DNA of 64,000 bases, taken from positions 160,001-224,000 of the forward strand of contig JAZKFH010000009.1 of NCBI GenBank assembly GCA_040386535.1. The letters are read 5' to 3'. This DNA is from Myxococcota bacterium (GTDB lineage: Bacteria > Myxococcota_A > UBA796 > SXON01). Shown here piece after piece: positions 1-8,673 of this stretch. Within the stretch, counting starts at the first letter, position 1; each line of letters starts with the position of its first letter. The notes under the pieces are model-generated. The model was given only the letters and a program-made list of their open reading frames with translations, was not told where the DNA came from and made no database searches. The position numbers and the translations under genes are program-made.

Positions 1-442
1 CGCCCGCGTGGGCGCGGGCGTAGGGGAGCACGGCCGCGGAGAGCTTCTTCACCGCGGTGCGGCGCGGCTCGATCTCCGTGGAGGCGAGCGCGGCGCTCGT
101 CTCGGTGGCGATGGCCGTGAGGGCCAGCGTGCCCGCCTCGTCGAGCCCGGGCGTGGCCTTGGCCGCGTCGACCTGGGCCTGGAGGGAGGTCAGGGCGGCG
201 CCGGCGGCGGCGTTGTCGTCCTTCGCGAGGGCCGCCTGCGCGTCGAGGTAGGCGCCGACCACCTTACCGGAGGCGTCGTCGGCGCAGCAGGCGAACGCGG
301 TCGCGGGCGTGGCGGGGGGCGCGGCGACGGGTGCCGGCGCGGGGGGAGGCGGGGGACTCGAGGCCGCGGGCGCCGTGCTTTCGCCGCCACACGCGAACAG
401 GAACAGCGTGGGGGCAACCCAGCCCGTCAGAAACAGACGCAT
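1..442 (-). CDS. DUF3347-like lipoprotein, partial (runs off the window start)
   Basis: Manual translation from ATG at 442 gives MRLFLTGWVAPTLFLFAC (lipobox), a Pro/Ala linker, then VVGAYLDAQAALAKDD, resembling DUF3347. Missing from the ORF track because no stop lies in the window. Confidence 0.6.
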   Translation of the reverse strand, partial: MRLFLTGWVAPTLFLFACGGESTAPAASSPPPPPAPAPVAAPPATPATAFACCADDASGKVVGAYLDAQAALAKDDNAAAGAALTSLQAQVDAAKATPGLDEAGTLALTAIATETSAALASTEIEPRRTAVKKLSAAVLPYARAHAG

Positions 443-588
443 CTACAGCCTCCTGGCGCGCCCTCCTATTTCGAAGTGGCGCGCGCTGTCTCCCGAAAGC
501 CCCGCTCCTGGAGCGGGGCGTGGGCGGAATCGCGCCGCCGTGTCGACGCACCCGGGCGCCGGGTTATCCTCGCGCCGCGGAGAACGTG

Positions 589-834
589 ATGGCTCGTACC
601 CTCTTGTGGATCCTCGGCGGCCTGCTCCTCGCGGTGGGTCTCGTGTCGCTCCTGTTCGCCTTCGCGACGCCGTGGGGCCCCATCGCGGTGAACCTGCCCC
701 AGACCGGCTGGGATGCCGTGGGGGACATCGCCCCCACTGACTACTTCCCCTTCGCCGTGTTCGGCATCCTGTTCGGCGCGCCGATCCTCGTCGCGCTCAA
801 CGCGACCGCCTGGAAACACACCGACGGCTACTAA
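589..834 (+). CDS. Small membrane protein (81 aa, two predicted TM helices)
   Basis: ATG at 589 after GGAG; MARTLLWILGGLLLAVGLVSLLFAF...FAVFGILFGAPILVAL; high GC3. Confidence 0.7.
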   Translation: MARTLLWILGGLLLAVGLVSLLFAFATPWGPIAVNLPQTGWDAVGDIAPTDYFPFAVFGILFGAPILVALNATAWKHTDGY

Positions 835-838
835 GCGC

Positions 839-2446
839 GTGCGCGTCCTGATCCTCCAGGCCGCGCCCATCGTCGGGGACGTTGCCCGGAACGCGGCCCT
901 CTGCATCGAGGGCATCCACGCCGCCGCGGCCGAGGGCGCCCGCATCCTGCTCGCGTCCGAGCTGATGCTGTCCGGCTACCCGCCGCGGGATCTGCTCGAG
1001 CGTGGTGACCTGCTACGCGCCTGTCGCGCTGCCGCGGAGGACGTGGCCCGCGCCACCGCCGGCACCGACGTCATCGCGGTCTTCGGCGCCCCCTGGGAGG
1101 ACGGCGGCATCCGCAACAGCGCGGTGATCGCGGCCGGCGGCGAGATCGTCGCGGTGCGCCACAAGACCCTGCTGCCGACCTACGACGTGTTCGACGAGCA
1201 CCGGTACTTCGTCCCCGAGTCCAATCCGCGGCCGGTCGACGTGGGCGGGCTGCGCCTGGGCGTGACCATCTGCGAGGACATCTGGAACGAGGTGGGCTCC
1301 GGGCGCCGCTACGACGCGGATCCCGTCGAGCGCATGCGCGGCGCCGACGTGCTGCTCAACCTGTCGTCGTCGCCGTTCCACGCCGCGAAGGGCGCGGTGC
1401 GGCTCGACCTCGTCAAGCGCAAGGCGCTCCAGGTCGGCGCGCCGCTCGTCTACTGCAACCAGGTGGGCGGCAACGACGAGCTGCTCTTCGACGGCGGCTC
1501 GCTCGTGGTCGCGGCCGACGGGCGGCTGCTGTTCCAGGCACCGCAGTTCCGCACGGGCTCGTGGGTGGTCGATCTCGACGGCCCGGCGGTCCCGTACACG
1601 GCGCTCCCCTTCGAGGAGGAGGTGCTCGAGGCCCTCACGATGGGCGTGCGCGACTATGCGGCGCGGTGCGGCTTCAAGACCGCGGTGCTCGGCTTGTCCG
1701 GCGGCATCGACAGCGCGCTCGTGGCCGTGGTGGGCGCGCGCGCGCTCGGCCCCGAGAACATCTGGGCGATCGGCATGCCGGGCCCGTTCTCCTCGGAAGG
1801 TTCCGTCACGGACGCGGAGGCCCTTGCGGAGCGCCTTGGCCTCAACTGGCAGAAGCTCCCGATTTCTCCGGTGTACGAGAGCTTTCTCGACGTGTTGGCG
1901 CCTCCGTTCGCCGGTGTCGCGCGGGACGTGACCGAGGAGAACCTCCAGGCGCGCGTGCGCGGCACGCTCCTCATGGCGTTGTCCAACAAGTTCGGGCACC
2001 TGCTGCTCACCACCGGCAACAAGTCGGAGATGGCCGTGGGGTATTGCACGCTCTACGGCGACATGAACGGCGGGCTCGCCGTGCTCGCGGACGTGTTCAA
2101 GACCGACGTGTATCGGCTGGCGCGGTGGATCAACCGGGACGGCGAGGTCATCCCGAACGCGACGATGACCAAGCCGCCGTCCGCCGAGCTCGCGCCCAAC
2201 CAGACCGACCAGGACTCGCTCCCGTCCTACGATCAGCTCGACGCCATCCTCCGGCTCTACGTCGAGGGCGTGGTCGACCCGGCCGACATCGTGGCGCGCG
2301 GCCATCCGCGGGACATCGTGGAGCGCGTGGTGCGCATGGTCGTGCGAAGTGAATACAAGCGCTGGCAGGCGGCCCCCGGCTTGCGCGTGAGCGCTCGCGC
2401 CTTCGGGAGCGGCCGTCGCATTCCGCTCGCACACGTCTGGCGCTGA
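839..2446 (+). CDS. nadE: Glutamine-dependent NAD+ synthetase
   Basis: Nitrilase-like N-terminal domain (SELMLSGYPPRD, KTLLPTYDVFDE, ICEDIW) plus synthetase motifs GLSGGIDS, ENLQAR, TTGNKSE, KPPSAEL, SEYKR. Confidence 0.95.
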   Translation: MRVLILQAAPIVGDVARNAALCIEGIHAAAAEGARILLASELMLSGYPPRDLLERGDLLRACRAAAEDVARATAGTDVIAVFGAPWEDGGIRNSAVIAAGGEIVAVRHKTLLPTYDVFDEHRYFVPESNPRPVDVGGLRLGVTICEDIWNEVGSGRRYDADPVERMRGADVLLNLSSSPFHAAKGAVRLDLVKRKALQVGAPLVYCNQVGGNDELLFDGGSLVVAADGRLLFQAPQFRTGSWVVDLDGPAVPYTALPFEEEVLEALTMGVRDYAARCGFKTAVLGLSGGIDSALVAVVGARALGPENIWAIGMPGPFSSEGSVTDAEALAERLGLNWQKLPISPVYESFLDVLAPPFAGVARDVTEENLQARVRGTLLMALSNKFGHLLLTTGNKSEMAVGYCTLYGDMNGGLAVLADVFKTDVYRLARWINRDGEVIPNATMTKPPSAELAPNQTDQDSLPSYDQLDAILRLYVEGVVDPADIVARGHPRDIVERVVRMVVRSEYKRWQAAPGLRVSARAFGSGRRIPLAHVWR

Positions 2447-2451
2447 ACTCC

Positions 2452-3516
2452 ATGCCTCGCCTCGGATCTCCGGATCCACGACCGCGTGACCCCGCTCCTG
2501 GCGCTGACCGTCGCGTCTGGTCCGCCGGCACCGCACGGCGTTCCCTGCTGGCCGAGGTCGAGCGCCTCGCGGGCGAGCTCCGCGGCCCCCTCGGCGGCCT
2601 GGAGGAGGCGATCATCGGCCTCGTGGACGGGGACGGCCTGCCGCCCGGCCTCACGCCCGACGTGCTCTTCGAGGGCGGCATGCCCCGCATGCGGCCGATC
2701 CTCGTGGTCCTCGCCGGGCGCGCCGCCGCCGAGCGCGAGGCCGACCCTCAAGCCGCCTTCGAGGTCGCCGCCATCGCGGAGATGCTCCAGGGCGCGATCC
2801 GCCTGCACGACATGGCCCTGGGGCGCCGGGACGGCCGTCGGCGCCGGGCCGCGCGCGTGGTGCTCCGCGGCGCGGGCTCGCTCCTCGGCGCGAACCACCT
2901 GACGCTCCGCGCGCTCGAGCTCGCGCGCCGCGCGCCCGCGCCGGAGATCCTCGGCGAGACCCTGGAGCTGCTGCGCGACGTCGGCGCCGGCCACGCGCTC
3001 GGCGAGGCCCTCCGCACCCGCCCCGCCACGGTGGCGGACGCGCTCCTGTTCGCGGAGGAGCACAGCGGCGCGCTCTTCGCCTTCACCTGCCGCGCGGGCG
3101 GCCACCTCGTGCGCGCCGGGCGCCCCGCCATCACCGGGCTCGGCCGGTATGGGCGGCACGTCGGCATCGCGTGGAAGCTCGCGGAGGACCTCGCCCTGTT
3201 CGACCCCGCGACCGGCGGCCGCCAGCTCGCGCACCACGCGGCCGCGGCGCGCCCGGTGTTCCCAGTGGCCTGGGCCAACGCGAAGGACCCTGACATCGAG
3301 CCCTTGTGGCGGCGCCTCGGCGCGGCGGGCTACGACGACGCGGTCGCGACGGAGCTCACCGATCGGGTCCGCAGCCTCGGCGGCGTCGGCGCCGGCCGCG
3401 AAGCGATGATCCGCGAGACCTGGGCGGCGCGCCGCGCGCTTCGCCCGCTCCCCCCGTCCCCCGCGCGCGACTCGCTCGATCGGCTCGCCGCGTCCCTGGC
3501 TTCAGTCGCGGCGTAG
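2452..3516 (+). CDS. Polyprenyl synthetase (trans-prenyltransferase) family protein with degenerate active site; 5' end uncertain
   Basis: Fold signatures (RMRPILV, AIAEMLQGAIRLHD, YGRHVGIAWKLAED) are present, but both DDxxD motifs are eroded. Confidence 0.75.
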   Translation: MPRLGSPDPRPRDPAPGADRRVWSAGTARRSLLAEVERLAGELRGPLGGLEEAIIGLVDGDGLPPGLTPDVLFEGGMPRMRPILVVLAGRAAAEREADPQAAFEVAAIAEMLQGAIRLHDMALGRRDGRRRRAARVVLRGAGSLLGANHLTLRALELARRAPAPEILGETLELLRDVGAGHALGEALRTRPATVADALLFAEEHSGALFAFTCRAGGHLVRAGRPAITGLGRYGRHVGIAWKLAEDLALFDPATGGRQLAHHAAAARPVFPVAWANAKDPDIEPLWRRLGAAGYDDAVATELTDRVRSLGGVGAGREAMIRETWAARRALRPLPPSPARDSLDRLAASLASVAA

Positions 3517-3588
3517 CGTCGGTAGGCTCGTACCGGGCCTCTTTCGGGGGGGGCCGGGCGCGAGAGAACACGCCCAGCCCGTCGTCTA

Positions 3589-4935
3589 CTACAGCTCGCT
3601 CGACGAAGCGAACAACCCGAACAGGTAGAAGTACCCCTCGCCGCCGATGGCCCCGACCTCCGGCGCCGCGGTGACGCGGAGCGAGTAGTCGCCGCGGGGG
3701 TAGGGGCCGAGGTTCAACGCGTCCGCGTCGGTGCCGACCGCGGAGTCGACCGTTTCGAGCACCACGCCGGTCGCGTCGAGCAGCTCCACCCGCGGCACGA
3801 GCAGGCTGCCGTAGGGCTGGGCGCCCAGGTACACGCTGATGAACGCGTCGTCGAACGGCACGTCGACCGTGAACAGATCGGCGTCGGTCTCCGTGTCGAT
3901 CCGCCCCTGGCCGTACGCGGCGTAGAGCGCGCCCGAGTCCGGGTTCTGGTCGTCGAGGATCAGCACGTTGGCTTCCTCGAGCGTGTCGTCCGGCTCGCGG
4001 CCGGGCGGATTCCCGCTCCCCGGATCGCGGACGACGAAGAAGAGCCACGTCCAGTAGTCGGAACCGCCGCCGCCCGACACGTCCGTGGCGCCGATGACGT
4101 ACCGGGTGCCGACGGGGTCGGGGAGCAGGGCGGGGGCGGAGAGCGTCGGATCGGTGAGCGCGAGCACGTCGTCGCCGTCGGCGTTCTTCATCGTCACCCG
4201 CGCGACGACCTCGCTCTCGTCGGCGTTCTGGAGCGCCACCACGTAGATCGGCGCGCCGGACGCGGGCAGATCGAGGGCCGCCCAGTCGGTGTCGCCGGGC
4301 TCCGCGAGGAGCACCGGGAACGAGTAGAGCACGTTCGCCGAGAGCGCCCCGAAGTCGAGCCCGGCCTCCTGGGAGCTGTCGGTCTCGACGCCGACGGAGT
4401 TCCACTCGGTGATCTCGAGGGTGTAGGACTCGCCGGAGCCGCCGATGGGATCGGCTTCGTAGAAGCTTCCCGCGTCCTCGACCTTCAGGTAGTAGGTGCC
4501 CGCCTCGGGGAAGTAGCCGAAACACATGGAGTCGGCGGAGGACACGTTCCCCGCCGGATGTTCGTCCTCCCACACGAGGCGCTTGCCGGCGCTGTTGTAG
4601 ACGCTCACGACGCTGTCCAGCCCGCCCTCGGCCTCCGCGGTGACCACCGCGACGCGGAAGAACTCGCCGCCCTCGGCGGTCACGGCGAACCAATCCACGT
4701 CCCCCGCGGGGTTGATCTCCCCATCGGTGGTGTCGGCCCAGAACAGGCTCTCGGCGCCTTCGGTCTCGTCGTTGCGGTCGCCGTCCACACACGCGTCGGC
4801 CTCACAAATCTCGGTCGAGGTGCAGTCCCCGTCCGAGGCGCACTCCCCGCCGTCGGGATCGGGCTTGCCCCCCGAGCCCGTGTCTTCCGAGGTGCGCAGG
4901 CACCCCGCGACGAACAGTGACAATACTACGAGCAT
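3589..4935 (-). CDS. Secreted lipoprotein with pre-peptidase C-terminal (PPC)-like beta domains
   Basis: MLVVLSLFVAGC lipobox; Cys-rich CASDGDC...CEADACV segment; repeated GDVDWF/GDTDWA/TDADLF motifs and EAGTYYLKV. Confidence 0.75.
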   Translation of the reverse strand: MLVVLSLFVAGCLRTSEDTGSGGKPDPDGGECASDGDCTSTEICEADACVDGDRNDETEGAESLFWADTTDGEINPAGDVDWFAVTAEGGEFFRVAVVTAEAEGGLDSVVSVYNSAGKRLVWEDEHPAGNVSSADSMCFGYFPEAGTYYLKVEDAGSFYEADPIGGSGESYTLEITEWNSVGVETDSSQEAGLDFGALSANVLYSFPVLLAEPGDTDWAALDLPASGAPIYVVALQNADESEVVARVTMKNADGDDVLALTDPTLSAPALLPDPVGTRYVIGATDVSGGGGSDYWTWLFFVVRDPGSGNPPGREPDDTLEEANVLILDDQNPDSGALYAAYGQGRIDTETDADLFTVDVPFDDAFISVYLGAQPYGSLLVPRVELLDATGVVLETVDSAVGTDADALNLGPYPRGDYSLRVTAAPEVGAIGGEGYFYLFGLFASSSEL

Positions 4936-5269
4936 GGAACGATGCACCTTTCCTCCGGATCGTGCCGGACAGGGTAGCATCCGCGCGCACCTTCGCGTAC
5001 AAGTCCGGCCCTGCCCGAGCGCCCCCTGGAGTCCGCGTTTCCGCCCTTCGGCACCCTCCCGCCCGCGCGGCGTGGGTCCGATCGCGCGCCGCGCGCCGCG
5101 GGGTCGGCACGGTTCCGTCGCCGGCGGGCACGTGTCGCCACATGCGCCGAGCGCGGCCAGCACGACGCTCTCGTCGCGCTGTACAGGAACGAAATCTTGC
5201 ACGTCCCATCCGTGTTGGTTCCACATACAGTCGCGGTTTCTTCGGAGCGGCAAGGCAGCAGCAGTGGCT

Positions 5270-5287
5270 TTGACAGGTTCTTGACAA
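5270..5287. promoter_or_regulatory. Tandem TTGACA repeat with 11-bp period (Pho-box/OmpR-family-like site, or -35 elements)
   Basis: ttgacaggttcttgacaa; the reverse complement is TTGTCAAGAACCTGTCAA; lies in a divergent intergenic region. Confidence 0.4.
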
Positions 5288-5622
5288 TGCGGGGTCGTGA
5301 ACGGATCTATAAAGATGCGCTCGCCACGGCAGGGTCCCCAAGTCCTGCAGGTGGCAATCGATGCCCTTGTGTCTCGAACGGTCTGTGTCCTCGGTGTCGT
5401 GCACCTCGGTGCTCGAGCCGGGGGTTTCGTCCCCGGATTCAACTCCCAGGCCTCAAGCTCTGGGTCTCGAATCCCGAGGGGGCTCGCAGCCGGGGTTTCG
5501 CCCCGGCCTCGGAATAATGTGTTGTCCCCCGGCATTCCGAACGACTCGAACCGCTCGCGGTATCGTTTCCAGTACAGATCGAAAGCTGCAATGACCTGCT
5601 GCATAGTGAGTCAGGAGTGAAC

Positions 5623-6672
5623 ATGTCGCTGCGAATCCGGAGTTCTTCTGCATCGGACGGCGCCCGTCGCCGTTCGGAGCGCTTGACTGCCGAAGAAGAG
5701 AAGGCCATCGCGCGGGAGATCCGCAAGGCGGAGCAGGCCGCCCGTGAGGCCGTTGCCGGCATCGACGCGGCGGAGAACATCCTTCGTCGTCGCCCGGACC
5801 GCGCGGAGCGCACCCGCGCCGGCGCGGTGGACCGTCTCGAGGAGGCCGTTCGCGCCGTCGGCCGCGCCGCTCGCAAGGAAGAGGGCCTCAAGCTCATGGC
5901 TCGCCGCGCCCAGGGCGCGTGGCAGCAGGCCGAGGAGCTTCGTTGGCGGCTCGCGATGAGCGGGCGCCGCATCGCGCACGGCGAGGCCCGCAAGCTCGCC
6001 GGCCCGTTCATGGACGAAGAGGATCTCGTGCAGGAGGGCTACATCGGCCTCCTCCGCGCGGCCAAGCGCTTCGACCCGGACCGTGGCATCCGCTTCTCCA
6101 CCTACGCCCGTTGGTGGGTGCGCGCGCAGATGACGCGCGCCATCGACCACACCGGGCGCCCGGTGCGCCTGCCCGGCTGCGCGGTCGAGCAGACCCGCAA
6201 CCTGCGCAAGGCGATGAAGCGCTTCGAGGCCGCCGGCATCGAGTACAACATCGCGGACCTGGCGGACGAGGTGGGCATCGACAAGGAGCGCGCCGAGCTG
6301 CTCCTGTCGCAGGGCAACACCATCTCGCTCGAGCAGCCGGTGGACGACGGCCCGCGCCCCCGTCCCCTGGAGCGCTTCCTGTCGGATGACGACGCCGTCT
6401 CCCCGGACGACGAGAGCATCCAGCAGCAGGAGCTGTCTCGCATGAGCAAGGCCTTCCACGGCGTGCTCTCCGAGCGTCAGCGCTTCGTGCTCACCCGCCG
6501 CTACGGCCTGGAAGACGGCGAGTTCCGCACCCTCTCCGAGGTCGGCAAGGAGATGGGCCTGTCCCGCGAGCGCGTCCGCCAGATCGAGCGCGAGGCCCTC
6601 ATCCGCCTCCGCGATCAGTCCGGCATCCGCGACCTGCGCGGCCTCGTGCTCGGCGAGCCGGGCGAGGCGTAG
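5623..6672 (+). CDS. RNA polymerase sigma-70 family factor (RpoD/RpoS-like, no region 1.1)
   Basis: DLVQEGYIGLLRAAKRFDPDRGIRFSTYARWW (region 2), ISLEQPV (region 3.2), RTLSEVGKEMGLSRERVRQIE (region 4.2); AGGAG RBS at 5613-5617. Confidence 0.93.
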   Translation: MSLRIRSSSASDGARRRSERLTAEEEKAIAREIRKAEQAAREAVAGIDAAENILRRRPDRAERTRAGAVDRLEEAVRAVGRAARKEEGLKLMARRAQGAWQQAEELRWRLAMSGRRIAHGEARKLAGPFMDEEDLVQEGYIGLLRAAKRFDPDRGIRFSTYARWWVRAQMTRAIDHTGRPVRLPGCAVEQTRNLRKAMKRFEAAGIEYNIADLADEVGIDKERAELLLSQGNTISLEQPVDDGPRPRPLERFLSDDDAVSPDDESIQQQELSRMSKAFHGVLSERQRFVLTRRYGLEDGEFRTLSEVGKEMGLSRERVRQIEREALIRLRDQSGIRDLRGLVLGEPGEA

Positions 6673-6708
6673 TCCTCGTCCCCCAGGGCCCGCTCGGAGG
6701 CCCTTCCT

Positions 6709-6743
6709 GATGGGCGCCCCTCTCCGGGGCGCCCGTCGTCGTT
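6709..6743 (+). terminator. Stem-loop downstream of the sigma factor gene, probable terminator
   Basis: gatgggcgcccc-tctcc-ggggcgcccgtc hairpin followed by a weak U tail (gtcgtt). Confidence 0.5.
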
Positions 6744-6753
6744 AAGGGGTGGT

Positions 6754-7656
6754 ATGCGGATTGCCACGTTCAACGTCTACTGGTTCGGAACCACCCGCCC
6801 CATCGTGGAGCGCGCCCCCGAGGACGATCAGCTGGTCGCCCGGGTGCTCGCCCGCTTGGACGCCGATGTCTTCGCCCTCCAGGAGATCTGCGACCTCCCA
6901 CGCCTGGAACGTGTCGTCCAGGCGGCCGGGGTGTTGTGTGGGCGGGACCTCCGCGTGCGCGTGGCCGACACGTTCGTCACGTCCGCACGGCCCCAGGAGC
7001 TCGCGGACAACGCGCTCCAGAAGGTGGTGTACGTCTGGGATGCCGGCACCGTCGAGCCGATCGCCTGGGGCGCGCTCGGTGGGGGCCCGGCCCTACGCCC
7101 GCCGCTGCTGGCGACGTTCCGGGATCGGCGTGACGGGGCGTCGATCTCGCTCGCCGCCGTACACCTGAAGTCGGGGCTCATGGGAGTCCCCCTGGCGGAC
7201 GCCTCCGCGGCGCTCCGGCTCCGCGAATCCGGGCACCTCGCCCGCTGGTTGGGCGGCGAGGCGCTCGGCCCCCTCGGCGCGCTGCACGCCGGGGGTGGCG
7301 CCCGGGTCGTCCTCGGGGACTTCAACGCGCGCGAGGACGATCCCTCGATCGCGCCGTTGCGGAGCCTGCCGGGGTGGGCGTGGCCCGCGCCGATCCTCCC
7401 CGAGGGAGACCGGTGGACCACGTGGCTCGACCGCGAGATCATCGACCACGTCGCCGCGTCCGAGGAGGCGCGCTTCGTCGGGGCGCCGCGCGCGTTCGCG
7501 TTCGATCGGGACCCCGCGCTCGGTGACGTGGCGTTCTTCCACGCCGTCGACTCGTTCGTCGCGCAGCGCGCACGCGGCTTTCCGCGCGCGCCGGTCGAGA
7601 ACCTGTACCGCGTGTCCGACCACCGCCCGGTCGTCGCGGAGATCGTCCCCGCGTAA
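6754..7656 (+). CDS. Endonuclease/exonuclease/phosphatase family protein
   Basis: MRIATFNV, DADVFALQEI, VHLKSG, LGDFNA, IDHV and SDHRPV motifs. Confidence 0.88.
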   Translation: MRIATFNVYWFGTTRPIVERAPEDDQLVARVLARLDADVFALQEICDLPRLERVVQAAGVLCGRDLRVRVADTFVTSARPQELADNALQKVVYVWDAGTVEPIAWGALGGGPALRPPLLATFRDRRDGASISLAAVHLKSGLMGVPLADASAALRLRESGHLARWLGGEALGPLGALHAGGGARVVLGDFNAREDDPSIAPLRSLPGWAWPAPILPEGDRWTTWLDREIIDHVAASEEARFVGAPRAFAFDRDPALGDVAFFHAVDSFVAQRARGFPRAPVENLYRVSDHRPVVAEIVPA

Positions 7657-7665
7657 GGTCACGGA

Positions 7666-8673
7666 TCAGCCGCAGACCGCCCCGAACACGCGCAGGAAGT
7701 TCTCGCCGAGCACGGCGTGAACGTCCGCGGGCGGCCAGCCCGCGTCGAGCAGGGCCTGGGTGAGGCCGGGCAACTTCTCGGCGGAGTCGAGGTCCCGCGG
7801 GTAGAGCGCGAAGCCCTCCCAGTCGGTGCCGATCGCCGCGTGCCGCACGCCCACCGTGCGCCGGATGTGGTCGAGGTGGCGCACCACCTGGCGCACCCCG
7901 CCCGCGCCGAGAAAAGGCGTCACGAAGATCACCCCCACGACGCCGTCGGTGTCGGCCACGGCGCGGAGCAGCCCGTCGTCGATGCCGCGCGGGCTGGGAT
8001 GGATGGCGGTGCACGCGGTGTGCGAGATGATCACGGGCTTGTTCGCGCGCGCCGCGGCCTCGATGACCCCGGCGCGCCCGACGTGCGCGAGGTCGACGAG
8101 GATGCCGAGCCGGCCGAGCTCGTCGACCAGCGCGCGCCCGTAGTCCGAGAGCGGCGCGGCGTTGTCCGCGCCCCAGCCCACCATCGGACGGCACGCCGTG
8201 TTCGCGGTGAAGTGCGCGAGCCCGACGTACCGGAGCCCGGCGGCGCGGAACCGCGGGAGGTCCTCGAGCCGGGTGTCGAGCCCGTGCGCGCCCTCGAGAC
8301 CCGCGAAACACGCGATGCGCCCTTGCGCCTTGGCGGTGCGGATGGCCTGGACCGTGCCGCACACCACCAGCTCGTCGGGGGACTGGCTCGCATGGCGCGC
8401 CATCCGCGCGAGGTCGGCGTCGATGGCGGCGGGGCCCGAGCGGCGCCGCATCGGGTTGATCACGACGCCGAGCGCCATCGCCCCGATGCCGCCCTCCTTG
8501 AGCCGGGGCAGATCGCAGTGCCCGAACAGCGGCGCGCCGAAGAGCGGGTTCGGCGCGTGGCGGCGGCGCCAGTCCCAGCCGAGGAGCTTGGAGGCGAGCA
8601 GCAGATCGCAGTGCAGGTCGACGAAGAGGGCGGAGGCGTGGAGCGCGTGCGCCTCCTCGGAGATCGCTGCCAT
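7666..8673 (-). CDS. Membrane dipeptidase family (peptidase M19)
   Basis: VDLHCD, GLEGAH, VDLAH, IISHT, IGTDWEG and LGENFLRV motifs. Confidence 0.88.
   Translation of the reverse strand: MAAISEEAHALHASALFVDLHCDLLLASKLLGWDWRRRHAPNPLFGAPLFGHCDLPRLKEGGIGAMALGVVINPMRRRSGPAAIDADLARMARHASQSPDELVVCGTVQAIRTAKAQGRIACFAGLEGAHGLDTRLEDLPRFRAAGLRYVGLAHFTANTACRPMVGWGADNAAPLSDYGRALVDELGRLGILVDLAHVGRAGVIEAAARANKPVIISHTACTAIHPSPRGIDDGLLRAVADTDGVVGVIFVTPFLGAGGVRQVVRHLDHIRRTVGVRHAAIGTDWEGFALYPRDLDSAEKLPGLTQALLDAGWPPADVHAVLGENFLRVFGAVCG

Noticed and set aside
3589..5604. 671-aa version of the PPC lipoprotein, and small ORFs within 4800-5650
   Set aside because: The extension crosses an intergenic region with poor codon bias; the lipobox places the start near 4935.
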